64,000 nt of DNA from contig CAVRAW010000005.1 in assembly GCA_963719205.1 (NCBI GenBank), positions 280,958 to 344,957 on the forward strand, given 5' to 3'. This DNA is from Pirellulales bacterium. GTDB lineage: Bacteria > Planctomycetota > Planctomycetia > Pirellulales > JADZDJ01. This document shows, piece by piece, positions 22,218 to 34,574 of this stretch (the first letter of the stretch is position 1; the number at the start of each line of letters is the position of its first letter). The position numbers and the translations under genes were made by a program. Under the pieces are notes generated by a model. It was given only the letters and a program-made list of their open reading frames with translations. It was not told the DNA's origin and made no database searches.

Positions 22218-22815
22218 TTTGTCGTCTCTCGCTCTTCTGAAGGTTACTGTTTCCTAGAATTTGCAAAATCTCATCAACCGCCCGGTCGATGGTTTGGTTC
22301 GTTACCCGGTAGCGGTACATGCCGGCCGCCGCCACTTCCTGGCGGGCCACTTCCAACCGTCGCTCCAGCGCCTCCTCCGACTCGGTGCCCCGTTTTCGCA
22401 ACCGGCGCTCCAGTTCCTCCAGCGTCTCCGGCTGAACGAAGATTGTCACGGCATCGGGATAGCGCTCGACGACCGCCCGGGTCCCTTGCGTATCAATCTC
22501 TAAGACTACCCATTTCCCCGCCGCCAGTCGAGGGGCAACTTCCTCCGTCAGTGTTCCGTACCACGTTCCCCGGTTAAATACTTCCGCACATTCCAGAAAG
22601 TCGCCGTCCTTGCGCCGCCGTTGAAACTCTTCATCAGAAAGAAAATGGTAGTCGCGCCCGTTAAATTCACTCGGCCGCGGCTGCCGCGTCGTTGCCGACA
22701 CGCTGGGCACCAACCGATCGCACCGCGCCAACAGCTCCTTCAAAAGCGTAGTCTTCCCCGCCCCGGACGGCCCGGAAATGATAATCACACGACCCGCTGT
22801 TGCCTTCTCTGCCAT
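22210..22815 (-). CDS. gmk: guanylate kinase
   Basis: P-loop [28 protein letters not shown] and EIDTQG. Confidence 0.9.
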   Translation of the reverse strand: MAEKATAGRVIIISGPSGAGKTTLLKELLARCDRLVPSVSATTRQPRPSEFNGRDYHFLSDEEFQRRRKDGDFLECAEVFNRGTWYGTLTEEVAPRLAAGKWVVLEIDTQGTRAVVERYPDAVTIFVQPETLEELERRLRKRGTESEEALERRLEVARQEVAAAGMYRYRVTNQTIDRAVDEILQILGNSNLQKSERRQNA

Positions 22816-22835
22816 TTAATCATTCAGACTTTTAG

Positions 22836-23720
22836 TCATTCGACGTTCTGTATCATCTCCCGCAACCGCTCGATCGCACCTTTCATTTCAATCACACGCC
22901 GCGCAATCTCCACGTCCGTGCTCTTCGATCCGATGGTATTCACTTCACGCAGCATCTCCTGCGTGAGGAACTCCAGCTTCCGCCCGGCGCTGTCCTTTTC
23001 TCCCATGATTTCGTCGAACTGCTTCAAATGGCTGTCTAGCCGCACGATCTCCTCCGAGATGTCCGCCCGCTCGGCGTAAATCGCCACCTCGCGCACCAAG
23101 TCCCCCGGACTTAGCGCCACCTTATGTTCCTCCAGCGCCCTTCGCACCCGCTCTTCCAATTTGGCGCGATACGTATCCACCGCCAACGGCGCCCGCGCCG
23201 TCACTTGCTTCAGCTCCGCCGCAATCGCCCGGCAGTTAGCCGTCAAATCGGCCGTCATCGCCTTGCCCTCTTCGCGCCGCATCTTGGCCAGGTTCGCCAG
23301 CGCCTCTTTCAGCGTGCGCTCGATCACCGGCCAATCGGCTTCCGCCACGTCCGGATCCGAATGCTTCTCGTTCACCACGCCGGGCAATAGCAGCAAGTTT
23401 TCGATCAGCACCTGCGGCGGCAATTTCAGCCGGTTCTGCAAATCCTGAATCTGCTGCCGATAATTTTCCAACACCGCCGTGTTGATCAAAAAATCCTCCG
23501 GCGACGATTGCCGCTCCACTCGCAAATTCACTTGCACGGTCCCGCGCTTGATGTGCTCCCGCACCGCGGTTTCCATTTGCGATTCCAGCGCCGTATATCC
23601 CTCGCCCGAGCGCATCGAGAATTTGAAGTAACGGTTATTGATCGTGCGCACCTCCACCGCCACGGCCAATCCATTGGCTTGATGGTGCGCTTCGCCAAAA
23701 CCGGTCATGCTCAATAGCAT
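22836..23720 (-). CDS. yicC: YicC/YloC family endoribonuclease-like stress protein
   Basis: N-terminus SMTGFG, then RTINNRYF, a central coiled coil, and the C-terminal EKLEFLTQEMLREVNTIGSKS motif. Confidence 0.85.
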   Translation of the reverse strand: MLLSMTGFGEAHHQANGLAVAVEVRTINNRYFKFSMRSGEGYTALESQMETAVREHIKRGTVQVNLRVERQSSPEDFLINTAVLENYRQQIQDLQNRLKLPPQVLIENLLLLPGVVNEKHSDPDVAEADWPVIERTLKEALANLAKMRREEGKAMTADLTANCRAIAAELKQVTARAPLAVDTYRAKLEERVRRALEEHKVALSPGDLVREVAIYAERADISEEIVRLDSHLKQFDEIMGEKDSAGRKLEFLTQEMLREVNTIGSKSTDVEIARRVIEMKGAIERLREMIQNVE

Positions 23721-23752
23721 GGACGCTCCGCAGATGGACAGGATGCTAAATT

Positions 23753-24289
23753 CTATGTCGCCGAAATTGTCTGTGCCGGACCGTCATGAACCACCAGTAA
23801 ATAGACCGACGGTCTCACTAAATAGCCCGACTGTGTCAGTCTGGTCGGGCCTACTTCGACGGTTCCGTTTTGCCGCCCCCGGTCGCTGGTTGTTCCGCGC
23901 CGCCGCTCGGCGCCGCTCCGCCCTGCGGTTCCCCTTCGTTGCTTCCACTGGGAGCGCTGCTTCGGTGCGCCGCCTTCGCCGCCAGGCATTGCAGGTCCCT
24001 GCGATTGCGGCATATTTGCCGGCGCGCTGCCGCCCAGATTTGTCGCCAGCGGACTGGTCCCGCCCCCCATCAACTTCATGCTCACCACGCACAGAATGAT
24101 CCAAAACGCCGCCACGCCGATCGTGATCCGCGTGAACATATCCCCGGCTTTCGTGCCGAACGCGCTTTGGCCACCCATGCCCCCGAATGCCCCGGCCAGC
24201 CCGCCGCCACGTCCCCGCTGAATCAGCACCAGCAGAATCAGAAACAGCGCGGTCACTATCATCAAGATCGCAAGCAACGTATTAAGCAT
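23753..24289 (-). CDS. secG: preprotein translocase subunit SecG with a low-complexity tail (C-terminus uncertain)
   Basis: [62 protein letters not shown] is the SecG two-TM core, and GAGGAG lies 10 nt upstream of the ATG at 24289. A +1 frame from about 23965 reads as a more natural tail ([36 protein letters not shown]) with a stop at 23851, so another indel is possible. Confidence 0.75.
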   Translation of the reverse strand: MLNTLLAILMIVTALFLILLVLIQRGRGGGLAGAFGGMGGQSAFGTKAGDMFTRITIGVAAFWIILCVVSMKLMGGGTSPLATNLGGSAPANMPQSQGPAMPGGEGGAPKQRSQWKQRRGTAGRSGAERRRGTTSDRGRQNGTVEVGPTRLTQSGYLVRPSVYLLVVHDGPAQTISAT

Positions 24290-24318
24290 GAACTCACTTC
24301 TCCTCAGCCGCGTCTGCT

Positions 24319-25074
24319 TCAACAACAGCTCGCGATGATTCCCAAAAAATCGTCCGCCACCAAACTCGCCCCGCCGACCAACGCTCCATCGATATTCGGC
24401 TGGCTCATCAACTCGCCGGAATTCGACGGCTTAACGCTGCCGCCGTACTGAATTCGCACGGCCTCCGCAACCTCTGCATTGTAGCGGTCTCCGATTAGCT
24501 TGCGAAGATCGGCATGCACTTCCTCCGCCTGCTCCGGCGTGGCGACTTTCCCCGTGCCGATCGCCCACACCGGCTCGTAAGCAATCGTCGTTTTCGCCAT
24601 GTCCTCCGGCGAGATCTCCGCAAACGACTCCTCGAACTGGCTGCGAATCACCTCCATCGTGCGCCCCGCTTCGCGCTCGTCCAAATGCTCCCCCACGCAC
24701 ACAATCGGCGACAATCGCACCGCCAGCGCCGCCTTCAATTTGCGATTCACTTCGGCGCTCGACTCATGAAAAATGTCCCGCCGCTCGCTGTGTCCCAAAA
24801 TCACATACTTGCACCCGCAATCCAACAGCATCCCCGGGCTGATCTCCCCCGTGAACGCCCCCTTCGCCTCGTGACACAGATTTTGCGCTCCCAGCGCCAC
24901 CGGCGACCCGATCCGCACCTTTTGCACCGCCTCCAAATAAACAAACGGCGGGCACAGCGCAACATCGACGTTCGGGAAATCCTTGGCTCGCTTCACCACC
25001 GCCTCCGCTAGCGCCACCGCCCCGGCCCGATCCAAATTCATCTTCCAATTCCCGGCAATAAATTTCTTACGCAT
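24319..25074 (-). CDS. tpiA: triose-phosphate isomerase
   Basis: [25 protein letters not shown] and QYGGSV. Confidence 0.92.
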   Translation of the reverse strand: MRKKFIAGNWKMNLDRAGAVALAEAVVKRAKDFPNVDVALCPPFVYLEAVQKVRIGSPVALGAQNLCHEAKGAFTGEISPGMLLDCGCKYVILGHSERRDIFHESSAEVNRKLKAALAVRLSPIVCVGEHLDEREAGRTMEVIRSQFEESFAEISPEDMAKTTIAYEPVWAIGTGKVATPEQAEEVHADLRKLIGDRYNAEVAEAVRIQYGGSVKPSNSGELMSQPNIDGALVGGASLVADDFLGIIASCC

Positions 25075-25087
25075 TTCTCACGCTCGT

Positions 25088-25114
25088 CCCATAAAGCCGC
25101 GACCGTCGGTCGCG
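25088..25114. repeat. hairpin repeat element family C, intergenic copy downstream (minus strand: upstream) of tpiA
   Basis: CCCATAAAGCCGCGACCGTCGGTCGCG with stem GCGACCG/CGGTCGC. It is near-identical to 30428..30455 inside clpB. Confidence 0.75.
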
Positions 25115-25211
25115 CAAACTTGCCAAGAGAGTCACCAGAATAAGAAACTCACGCACAGGCGCAAAGGCGTAAAGAAGTCGATTTTGCCCGCTGCCCGCAG
25201 CCGGCCGCCGG

Positions 25212-26332
25212 CTACTCCGCCGCCGCCGCCTTGGCATAAGAGCCCAGAATATTCAGCCGCACCGCCCGCCGCGCCAGCGCCTCCGTCGCCCGCACCACTT
25301 TCTTGTCCTGCTGATGTCCTTCCATTTCGACGAAGAACAAATAGCCCCCCTCAGGCCGCGCAATCGGGAACGATTCAATCCAAGTCAGATTCAACTTATT
25401 GCGCTTGAATATATTCAGCGCCTCAGCCAGCGACCCCGGCTTGTGCACGACCTCGAACATCAGCGCCGTCTTGTCGCGCCCCGTGCGCGGACCCGAATGC
25501 TGCCCAATCACGGCAAACCGCGTCAGGTTCCCCTGCTGATCCTCAATGTTCTCCGCCAAAACGCTCAGCCCGTGATGCGTCGCCGCCTGCACGCTGGCGA
25601 TCGCCGCCGCCCCTGGCTTCTCCTTCGCCAACTGCGCCGCCGTCGAAGTGCTGGTCACCTCGATCGTCCGCGCCTGCGGCAAATGTCGCGTCAACCAGTT
25701 GCGACATTGCGACAATGCCTGCGGCCGACTGTAAACTTCCTGCACTTCACTCCGCTGGCACTGCCCCAACAAGCAATGATGAATCGGCAAATTCACCTCG
25801 GCACAAATCTGCACCGGCAGCCGCGTGAACATGTCCAGCGTGTCCGCAATTCGCCCATCCGTGCTATTCTCGATCGGCACCAGCCCATAGTCGCAGTGCC
25901 CGCGATTCACTTCCTCGAACACCGCCCCGATGCTCGCCACCGGCACATATTCCACCGTCTGGCCAAACCGCTGAATGGCCGCCAAATGACTATAGGTATA
26001 CGCCGGCCCGAGATGGGCGATGCGAAGCATCTTTTCCAAAGCCCGCGAGCCGCTGATGATCTCCCGAAACGCCGCCTGCAAACATTGGTTCGACAGCGGC
26101 CCATGATTGTGCCCCGTCACCCGCCCCAGCACTTCATCCTCGCGCACCGGATCGTACGCCCGCTGACCATTCTGCTCTTTTACCTTCCCAATCTGGTGCG
26201 CGAGCTTCGCCCGCTCATTCATCCGCGAAACCAACTCCCGGTCGATCTTGTCTATCTTCGGCGCAGCCCCGCCACGGTCGGAGTTCGAGCAGACGTTTTG
26301 GAGGCCGCCTTCGGCGGCTTACGTTTGGCCAT
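25212..26332 (-). CDS. pheA: bifunctional chorismate mutase/prephenate dehydratase, frame broken near 26260
   Basis: The prephenate dehydratase core carries LGPAYTYSH, ENSTDG and LTRFAVIG, followed by an ACT domain. The chorismate mutase helix 1 (..LRPKIDKIDRELVSRMNERAKLA) is complete only if the ATG at 26332 (MAKRKPPKAASK..) is joined across a missing C near 26260. Confidence 0.88.
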
Positions 26333-26793
26333 GATGCGTTAGCGAAGTGCCGAATGAGGAGATTGCCCGGCGACAGGCGTTTCCCCTGTGTACTGGAACG
26401 AATTCGATTTCTCAATGATATTTCGCAATTTCCCGCCGTTCGCGCGCATTCTCGGCGCATTAACTCGCCTTCTTAATCCCGCCGCCGGCAAAACCCCTTG
26501 CACCGCCGGCCAACCTTCCCGCCAAACCGTGCCAATCTGGCAGCCCTTATCTTCTCCTCAAAGATAGGTCCGCCCCCATTTTTGGCAGCCTCCTCGCCAC
26601 AATCCCCACCGCATCCTACACTTACGAAACGGCCACCTCGCCGGAAACCCCCGGCACGGCCTTTGCTTTCTTTCCGTAAGTCGTTCTATCCGACAGTCAT
26701 TCTCGCAGTACGTACATCAATCGCAATTCTAACCGGCAATCGTTGGCCCTTTGATGGCCGCCAACCACACGCCGAAATAACAAGGAGTTGTTC

Positions 26794-28719
26794 ATGGCCT
26801 CCGGCGAAAAAATCATCGGCATCGATCTCGGCACCACCAACTCCGTCGTTGCAGTGATGGAGGGCAAAGAAGCCAAGGTCATCCCCAATCAAGAAGGCAA
26901 CCGCCTCACGCCGAGCGTCGTGGCCTTCACCGACAAGGGCGATGTCCTGGTCGGCGAACTCGCCCGTCGTCAGGCCGTCACCAACCCCAAGAAAACCGTC
27001 TACTCGATCAAGCGCTTCATGGGTCGCCGCCACAGCGAAGTGGCCAGCGAAGAAAAGATCGTCCCCTACCAGGTCGTTGGCGGCGCCGAAGACTACGTGA
27101 AAGTCAAGGTCGGCGATAAAGAATACACGCCCCCCGAAATCTCCGCCCGCATCCTCCGCAAGCTGAAGGAAGCGGCCGAAGCCTACCTCGGCCACAAAGT
27201 AAACAAAGCCGTCATCACTGTGCCGGCCTACTTCAACGATTCCCAGCGTCAGGCCACCAAAGACGCCGGCCAAATCGCCGGCCTCGAAGTCGCCCGCATC
27301 ATCAACGAACCCACCGCGGCCGCGCTGGCCTACGGCCTCGATCGCAAAGAACACGAAAAGATCGTCGTGTTCGATCTCGGCGGCGGCACGTTCGACGTCT
27401 CCGTCCTCCAAGTGGCCGACGGTGTGTTCCAAGTCATCAGCACCAACGGCGACACGCACCTCGGCGGCGACGATTTCGACCAGGTCCTCATCAACTACGT
27501 CGCCGACGAATTCAAAAAGGAAAACGGCATCGATCTCCGCAAAGACCCCATGGCCCTGCAGCGCCTCCAGGAAGCCTGCGAAAAGGCGAAGAAAGAACTC
27601 AGCTCCGCCAGCAGCACCGACATCAACCTGCCCTTCATCACCGCCGATGCCAGCGGCCCCAAGCACCTGCAATTCAACATCACCCGCAGCAAGTTCGAAC
27701 AATTGGAAGATTCGCTCTTCGAACGTTGCCGCGGCCCGGTGCAGCAGGCTCTCAAAGACGCCAAGCTCGAACCCAAAGATATCGACGAAGTCGTCCTCGT
27801 CGGCGGCTCCACCCGCATCCCCAAGGTGCAGGAGCTCGTCCAAAAAATGTTCGGCGGCAAGGAACCGCACAAGGGCGTGAATCCCGACGAAGTGGTCGCC
27901 GTCGGCGCTGCCATCCAGGGCGGCGTCCTCGCCGGCGAAGTGCAAGATGTGCTCCTGCTCGACGTCACCCCGCTCTCGCTGGGCATCGAAACCGAAGGCG
28001 GCATCTTCACCAAGCTCGTCGAACGCAACACCACCATCCCCACCGAACGCAAGCAAGTCTTCAGCACCGCGGCCGACAACCAATCCGCCGTCACCGTGGT
28101 GGTCTACCAGGGCGAGCGCCCCATGGCCCGCGATAACCGCGAGCTCGGCCGCTTCAACCTGGAAGGCATTCCGCCGGCCCCGCGCGGCATGCCCCAAATC
28201 GAAGTCAAGTTCGACATCGACGCCAACGGCATCGTCAGCGTTACCGCCAAAGATTTGGGCACGGGCAAAGAAGCCAAGGTCCGCATCGAAAACGCCAGTT
28301 CCATCCCGAAGGACGAAATCGAAAAGATGCGCCGCGACGCCGAATCGCACGCCGAGGAAGACAAACGCAAACGTGAACTCGCCGAGTTGCACAACCAAGG
28401 CGAATCGATGGTCTTCCAATTGGAAAAGATGATCAAAGAGCAAGCCGACAAGTTGAAGGAATCCGACAAGGCCGCCTTGGAAAGCGCGATGGGCAAAGTC
28501 CGCGATAGCATCAAGGGCGATAACGCCGACACCATCAAATCCGCCATCAGCGAACTTGAACAAGCCTCGCACGCCTTCACCAAGCAGTTGTACGAAGCCG
28601 CACAAGCCGCAGCCGGCGGCGCCGCAGGCGCAGCTCCCGAAGGCGCCCCCGCCGGCGACGGCAAAAAACCCGGCGAAGAAGAAGCCATCGACGCCGAATT
28701 CGAAGTCAAGAAAGAGTAA
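26794..28719 (+). CDS. dnaK: molecular chaperone DnaK (Hsp70)
   Basis: AAGGAG lies 6 nt upstream of the ATG at 26794. [18 protein letters not shown] and [10 protein letters not shown]; 641 aa. Confidence 0.97.
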   Translation: MASGEKIIGIDLGTTNSVVAVMEGKEAKVIPNQEGNRLTPSVVAFTDKGDVLVGELARRQAVTNPKKTVYSIKRFMGRRHSEVASEEKIVPYQVVGGAEDYVKVKVGDKEYTPPEISARILRKLKEAAEAYLGHKVNKAVITVPAYFNDSQRQATKDAGQIAGLEVARIINEPTAAALAYGLDRKEHEKIVVFDLGGGTFDVSVLQVADGVFQVISTNGDTHLGGDDFDQVLINYVADEFKKENGIDLRKDPMALQRLQEACEKAKKELSSASSTDINLPFITADASGPKHLQFNITRSKFEQLEDSLFERCRGPVQQALKDAKLEPKDIDEVVLVGGSTRIPKVQELVQKMFGGKEPHKGVNPDEVVAVGAAIQGGVLAGEVQDVLLLDVTPLSLGIETEGGIFTKLVERNTTIPTERKQVFSTAADNQSAVTVVVYQGERPMARDNRELGRFNLEGIPPAPRGMPQIEVKFDIDANGIVSVTAKDLGTGKEAKVRIENASSIPKDEIEKMRRDAESHAEEDKRKRELAELHNQGESMVFQLEKMIKEQADKLKESDKAALESAMGKVRDSIKGDNADTIKSAISELEQASHAFTKQLYEAAQAAAGGAAGAAPEGAPAGDGKKPGEEEAIDAEFEVKKE

Positions 28720-28748
28720 TCGACCCAACCGGTCGGCAACACATATTT

Positions 28749-28779
28749 AGCCCCCGGTGATAACACCGGGGGCTTTTTG
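28749..28779 (+). terminator. rho-independent terminator downstream of dnaK
   Basis: Perfect 11-bp stem AGCCCCCGGTG / CACCGGGGGCT with loop ATAA, followed by TTTTT, 30 nt after the dnaK stop. Confidence 0.8.
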
Positions 28780-28807
28780 CTTTACCTCTCACCCCTCACT
28801 CCCACCA

Positions 28808-31552
<2,745 letters not shown>

Positions 31553-31577
31553 CCTTTGGTCAGTTCATGGAGGATTC

Positions 31578-32238
31578 ATGACGGTAAAAACCCAATCGGA
31601 AGCAGCATTCGAGCAAGCTTGTCGCTCCTTCGGTATCAAGATCGAACCAATCCCACGTGCCGTCAACCAATCGCCCGACTGCAAAATCTACCTCTCGGGC
31701 AACTTGGTTTATGCTGAAGTCAAACAATTTGACCTGAACGAAGCCGAAAAACGCGCGTTAGAGGAAATGCGATCCAAGGGCTGTAGCGCATACTGGCCGA
31801 GAGAAGATTGGCGAATCCGATCGAAAATCCATGAAGCGAACTCACAATTAAAATCCCTGACCGAGAGCAAATATCCCGGGGTGGTGATCCTCTTTGTCGG
31901 TTCGTCTATTGGAAGTTTCGACTCTGAGGACATCCACGCGGCGATGTATGGAAGCGAATCCTGCAGTTTTGCGGTCCCAAGAAACGGTGCCGGGGAAACT
32001 GTGCCTCTCGGAAGCGTCGCTTGCTCCAAATGGCACATGTAGAGCTCAAAGGCATACGACAACCAGTGCCGTTGTTTCGCTTTGGCGACTAGACACATCG
32101 CAATTCCGCATGAATTTCTATCACAACACTTTCGCGAAGAACCCGGTCACACCCGACTGGTTGCGGTGTGATGGAATTCAACACTTCACATCAAAACGGC
32201 CCGACGAAAACAAGCTCCCTAATTGGGTGGCGATTTGA
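31578..32238 (+). CDS. hypothetical PD-(D/E)xK nuclease-like protein, frame probably broken near 32025
   Basis: GGAGGA lies 3 nt upstream of the ATG at 31578. SEAAFEQACRSFG..SPDCKIYLSGNLVYAEVKQ fits the E...PD...(D/E)xK restriction-endonuclease-fold pattern. The ORF stops at 32042, but the overlapping frame continues plausibly (..TSAVVSLWRLDTSQFRMNFYHNTFAKNPVTPDWL..) to 32238. GC is visibly lower than in the flanks. Confidence 0.5.
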
Positions 32239-32266
32239 TAGGACGATTATCTAAAAAAGGGAATTT

Positions 32267-33154
32267 ATGCAGGACGTAGAAAAATACGCGCCGCCGACAG
32301 AGACTCTGGGCGATCAAGTGCATGCAGTCGCACGTGCCGCACTAGGCGCAATACCGTATGCGGGAAACGCGGCTTGTGAGCTGCTCCAAAAGATCGTCGC
32401 GCCGCCGATCAAAATACGAATTAACGACTGGATGGAAAACATAGCCGACGGTCTCAAGAGACTTGAAAACGAGCAACGGTGTAAAATCGAAGACCTTGGC
32501 AAAAACGATGCGTTTACGGACACGATTATGTATGCAACGCAGGCGGCCGTGCGCACATCCAAAGACGGAAAGCGAAAGGCCCTCCAAAATGCAGTGTTAA
32601 ACTCTGCCCTGCCAAATCCACCGGACGAGACCTCGAGACAAATGTTCTTGTCATTGGTAGACACCTTCTCCGAATTGCACTTGCGTTTCCTCGCAATTTT
32701 TCAGGACCCGCCAAGCTGGCTTGCGGCAAACAACAAACCCATTCCTACTAGAGAATCAAGGACGCTGTGGGAGCTTGTGTCATACATATTTCCAGAATTG
32801 AAGGATCAGCGAGCAATAGCCGAACAAGTCTGCAAGGAATTGCATAACCGTGGATTATTGATCGCTGCGTCTTTGAACGAGGAAGTTTCTCGCTACCCTT
32901 ACTTTCCAACTAAACCAATCGAGCAGCAACCCGGATACTACTTCGCAGAAACCCCTGGAATTGGAAATGTCGTTTATTCCGGAAGTCATTCCGCTTTAAG
33001 ACCGTGGACAACCGAACTGGGGAACCAGTTTTTAGCGTTTATATCATCGCCAACCGAACAGCAGCCAGTCACCCTTGCTTCTCGCGCCGGGTGCCATACC
33101 CACGCTCTAGCGTGGGCATGTGACGTCGTCCTGGCTTCCTGCTTTCCTAATTGA
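32267..33154 (+). CDS. hypothetical protein (295 aa), no family recognised
   Basis: Clean ORF in the low-GC islet, 28 nt after the previous gene. Helical N-terminal half (..KRKALQNAVLNSALPNPPDETSRQMFLSLVDTFSELHLRFL..). The last ~12 codons are encoded by a palindromic repeat element. Confidence 0.55.
   Translation: MQDVEKYAPPTETLGDQVHAVARAALGAIPYAGNAACELLQKIVAPPIKIRINDWMENIADGLKRLENEQRCKIEDLGKNDAFTDTIMYATQAAVRTSKDGKRKALQNAVLNSALPNPPDETSRQMFLSLVDTFSELHLRFLAIFQDPPSWLAANNKPIPTRESRTLWELVSYIFPELKDQRAIAEQVCKELHNRGLLIAASLNEEVSRYPYFPTKPIEQQPGYYFAETPGIGNVVYSGSHSALRPWTTELGNQFLAFISSPTEQQPVTLASRAGCHTHALAWACDVVLASCFPN
33094..33119. repeat. palindromic repeat element family B, copy 2
   Basis: CATACCCACGC-TCTA-GCGTGGGCATG, an 11-bp stem with one mismatch, forming the 3' end of ORF 32267..33154. 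Confidence 0.75.
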
Positions 33155-33579
33155 ATCTCGGCTTCTCCGCGCCTCCATGTCTCTGCGGTTCACAATGTTT
33201 TCTGCGTCAAGCCCCGAATTGGCCACCTAGAAATTGGGCCAGCGCCTGTCCTAAACAACACCCAGACGATGCGGCCATCGATATCAGCCAAAGTAGCAGG
33301 ACCGACATAGGAAGTCGCGTCAATGGCGTGCCGACATCGGGAAACCTTTCGCCGCCTGAGGCCGGAGGCAATTCCTCCGGTACACTGAAAGTTCGCTTTC
33401 AGTGCTTTGCCGTGCCACGGGGTTATCGTGCGCGGAACAACAACTCGAGGCGGTCACCATCAGGTACTAACCCAGGGGCTCGTCCGCCAATGTGGCGCGT
33501 CGGGCAGGCAAGCAGCGTGAGCGTGGACTCCGTTCCCGTCACAAGCTTGTCGGCGACGGCTGTTGCAAGTGTAGAAACT

Positions 33580-33615
33580 CCTCTCCCTTTAAGGGAGAGG
33601 CCGGGAGAGGGTAAC
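33580..33615. repeat. hairpin repeat element family D, copy 2
   Basis: CCTCTCCCT-TTA-AGGGAGAGG (9-bp stem) followed by CCGGGAGAGGGTAAC. Confidence 0.7.
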
Positions 33616-33792
33616 GCCTCGCGCGCTATCCGTCTTCCATGCAACCTACGCCCCGTCGCATTTTGAATTCGGCCGGCCCCAACCCTACCGAATGGCCCGA
33701 CCCGCCACGGCGGACGAGCGCCAAATTTTTTTATTGCGACTTTTTGTGCTTTTCGTGGCAATCGCCGCCAATGCCCCTCCGCGCACACATCT

Positions 33793-33876
33793 AACTTGAA
33801 ACATGCAACTTGAAACCTGAAACCCCTTCCGCCTTCCTACTTCCTACATCCTAATTCCTACTTCCGACTTCCACGC
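33793..33876. repeat. phased heptanucleotide tandem array (12 units)
   Basis: aacttga aacatgc aacttga aacctga aacccct tccgcct tcctact tcctaca tcctaat tcctact tccgact tccacgc. Strict 7-nt phase over 84 nt, ending 17 nt before the ATG at 33894. Confidence 0.8.
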
Positions 33877-33893
33877 ATGACCTAAACTTGTCC

Positions 33894-34400
33894 ATGCCCC
33901 TGCACACCCTCGTACTGACCTTCCACATCACCTGCGGCGTCATCGCCCTGACGCTCGGCCTGATCGCCATGGCCGCCGAAAAATCCCGCGGCCTGCACAC
34001 CTTCGTCGGCAACGCCTACCACTGGGTCTACGTCGCCCTGGCAACTTCCGCCTGCGGCGTGGCATCCTTCGATTGGCCGCGGTTGTGGTGGTACGTCCCC
34101 ATCGCGTTGGGATCCTACTCGCTGGCGCTCATGGGCTTCCTCGCCGCCAAAATCCGCTGGAACAATTGGCTCCAGTCGCACCTCTCCGGCCAACTCGGAT
34201 CGTACATCGCCATGACCACCGCGGTGCTGGTCGTGAACTTCGGCAGCGTCTGGTGGGCCTGGATCACTCCCACGATCATCGGCTCGCCGCTAATCGCCTG
34301 GCTCAAGCGCGAAGTCCGCGCCGGCCACCGCCCCAAATACAAATCCACAATCGAGAACACGCTCGCCACGTCCTCGCGAGAATTGCAGCCCGTCAATTAG
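33894..34400 (+). CDS. hypothetical integral membrane protein (4-5 TM)
   Basis: ATG at 33894. Hydrophobic helices LVLTFHITCGVIALTLGLIAMAA, WVYVALATSACGVASF, YVPIALGSYSLALMGFLAA, LGSYIAMTTAVLVVNF and WAWITPTIIGSPLIAWL. Confidence 0.6.
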   Translation: MPLHTLVLTFHITCGVIALTLGLIAMAAEKSRGLHTFVGNAYHWVYVALATSACGVASFDWPRLWWYVPIALGSYSLALMGFLAAKIRWNNWLQSHLSGQLGSYIAMTTAVLVVNFGSVWWAWITPTIIGSPLIAWLKREVRAGHRPKYKSTIENTLATSSRELQPVN

Positions 34401-34574
34401 CCCGCCTGCCCGTCGTTCTGTCGTGGTACGAATCGCCGCCGCTCCGTGTCTCTGTGCCTCCGTGGTTAAGTGCGAGCGCAAAAAAATAGCCCCCGACGAT
34501 TTCTCGCCGAGGGCTAAACAACATCCGTGTAATTCCTCTGCCTGTCCTGAGCAGTCAGATTCAGGTAATTGCGA

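Noticed and set aside
26461-26787. A heat-shock (sigma-32-type or CIRCE) control element upstream of dnaK.
   Set aside because: A CCCCCATTT stretch near 26573 resembles an RpoH -10 box, but no acceptable CTTGAAA -35 lies at the right spacing. No CIRCE inverted repeat (TTAGCACTC-N9-GAGTGCTAA) is present.
26686-28728. 680-aa ORF antisense to dnaK, plus similar long antisense ORFs: 25314..26342 opposite pheA, 19639..20490 opposite argC, 16154..16990 and 15999..17030 around the PNP gene, 10300..11124 opposite ileS, 2078..3148, 60647..61912 opposite the ACPs, and 34423..35397 / 34569..35711 opposite the repeat protein.
   Set aside because: They are low-complexity G/A/R/P-rich translations with no motifs, lying exactly opposite genes with unambiguous family signatures. 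These are the stop-poor shadow frames typical of GC-rich DNA.
33151-33790. ORFs 33151..33666 (+) and 33423..33788 (-) as genes.
   Set aside because: They run through hairpin repeat elements (families B and D and the twin stem-loops). They give Arg/Pro/Gly-rich translations with no start context. The region is better described as a repeat-rich spacer.
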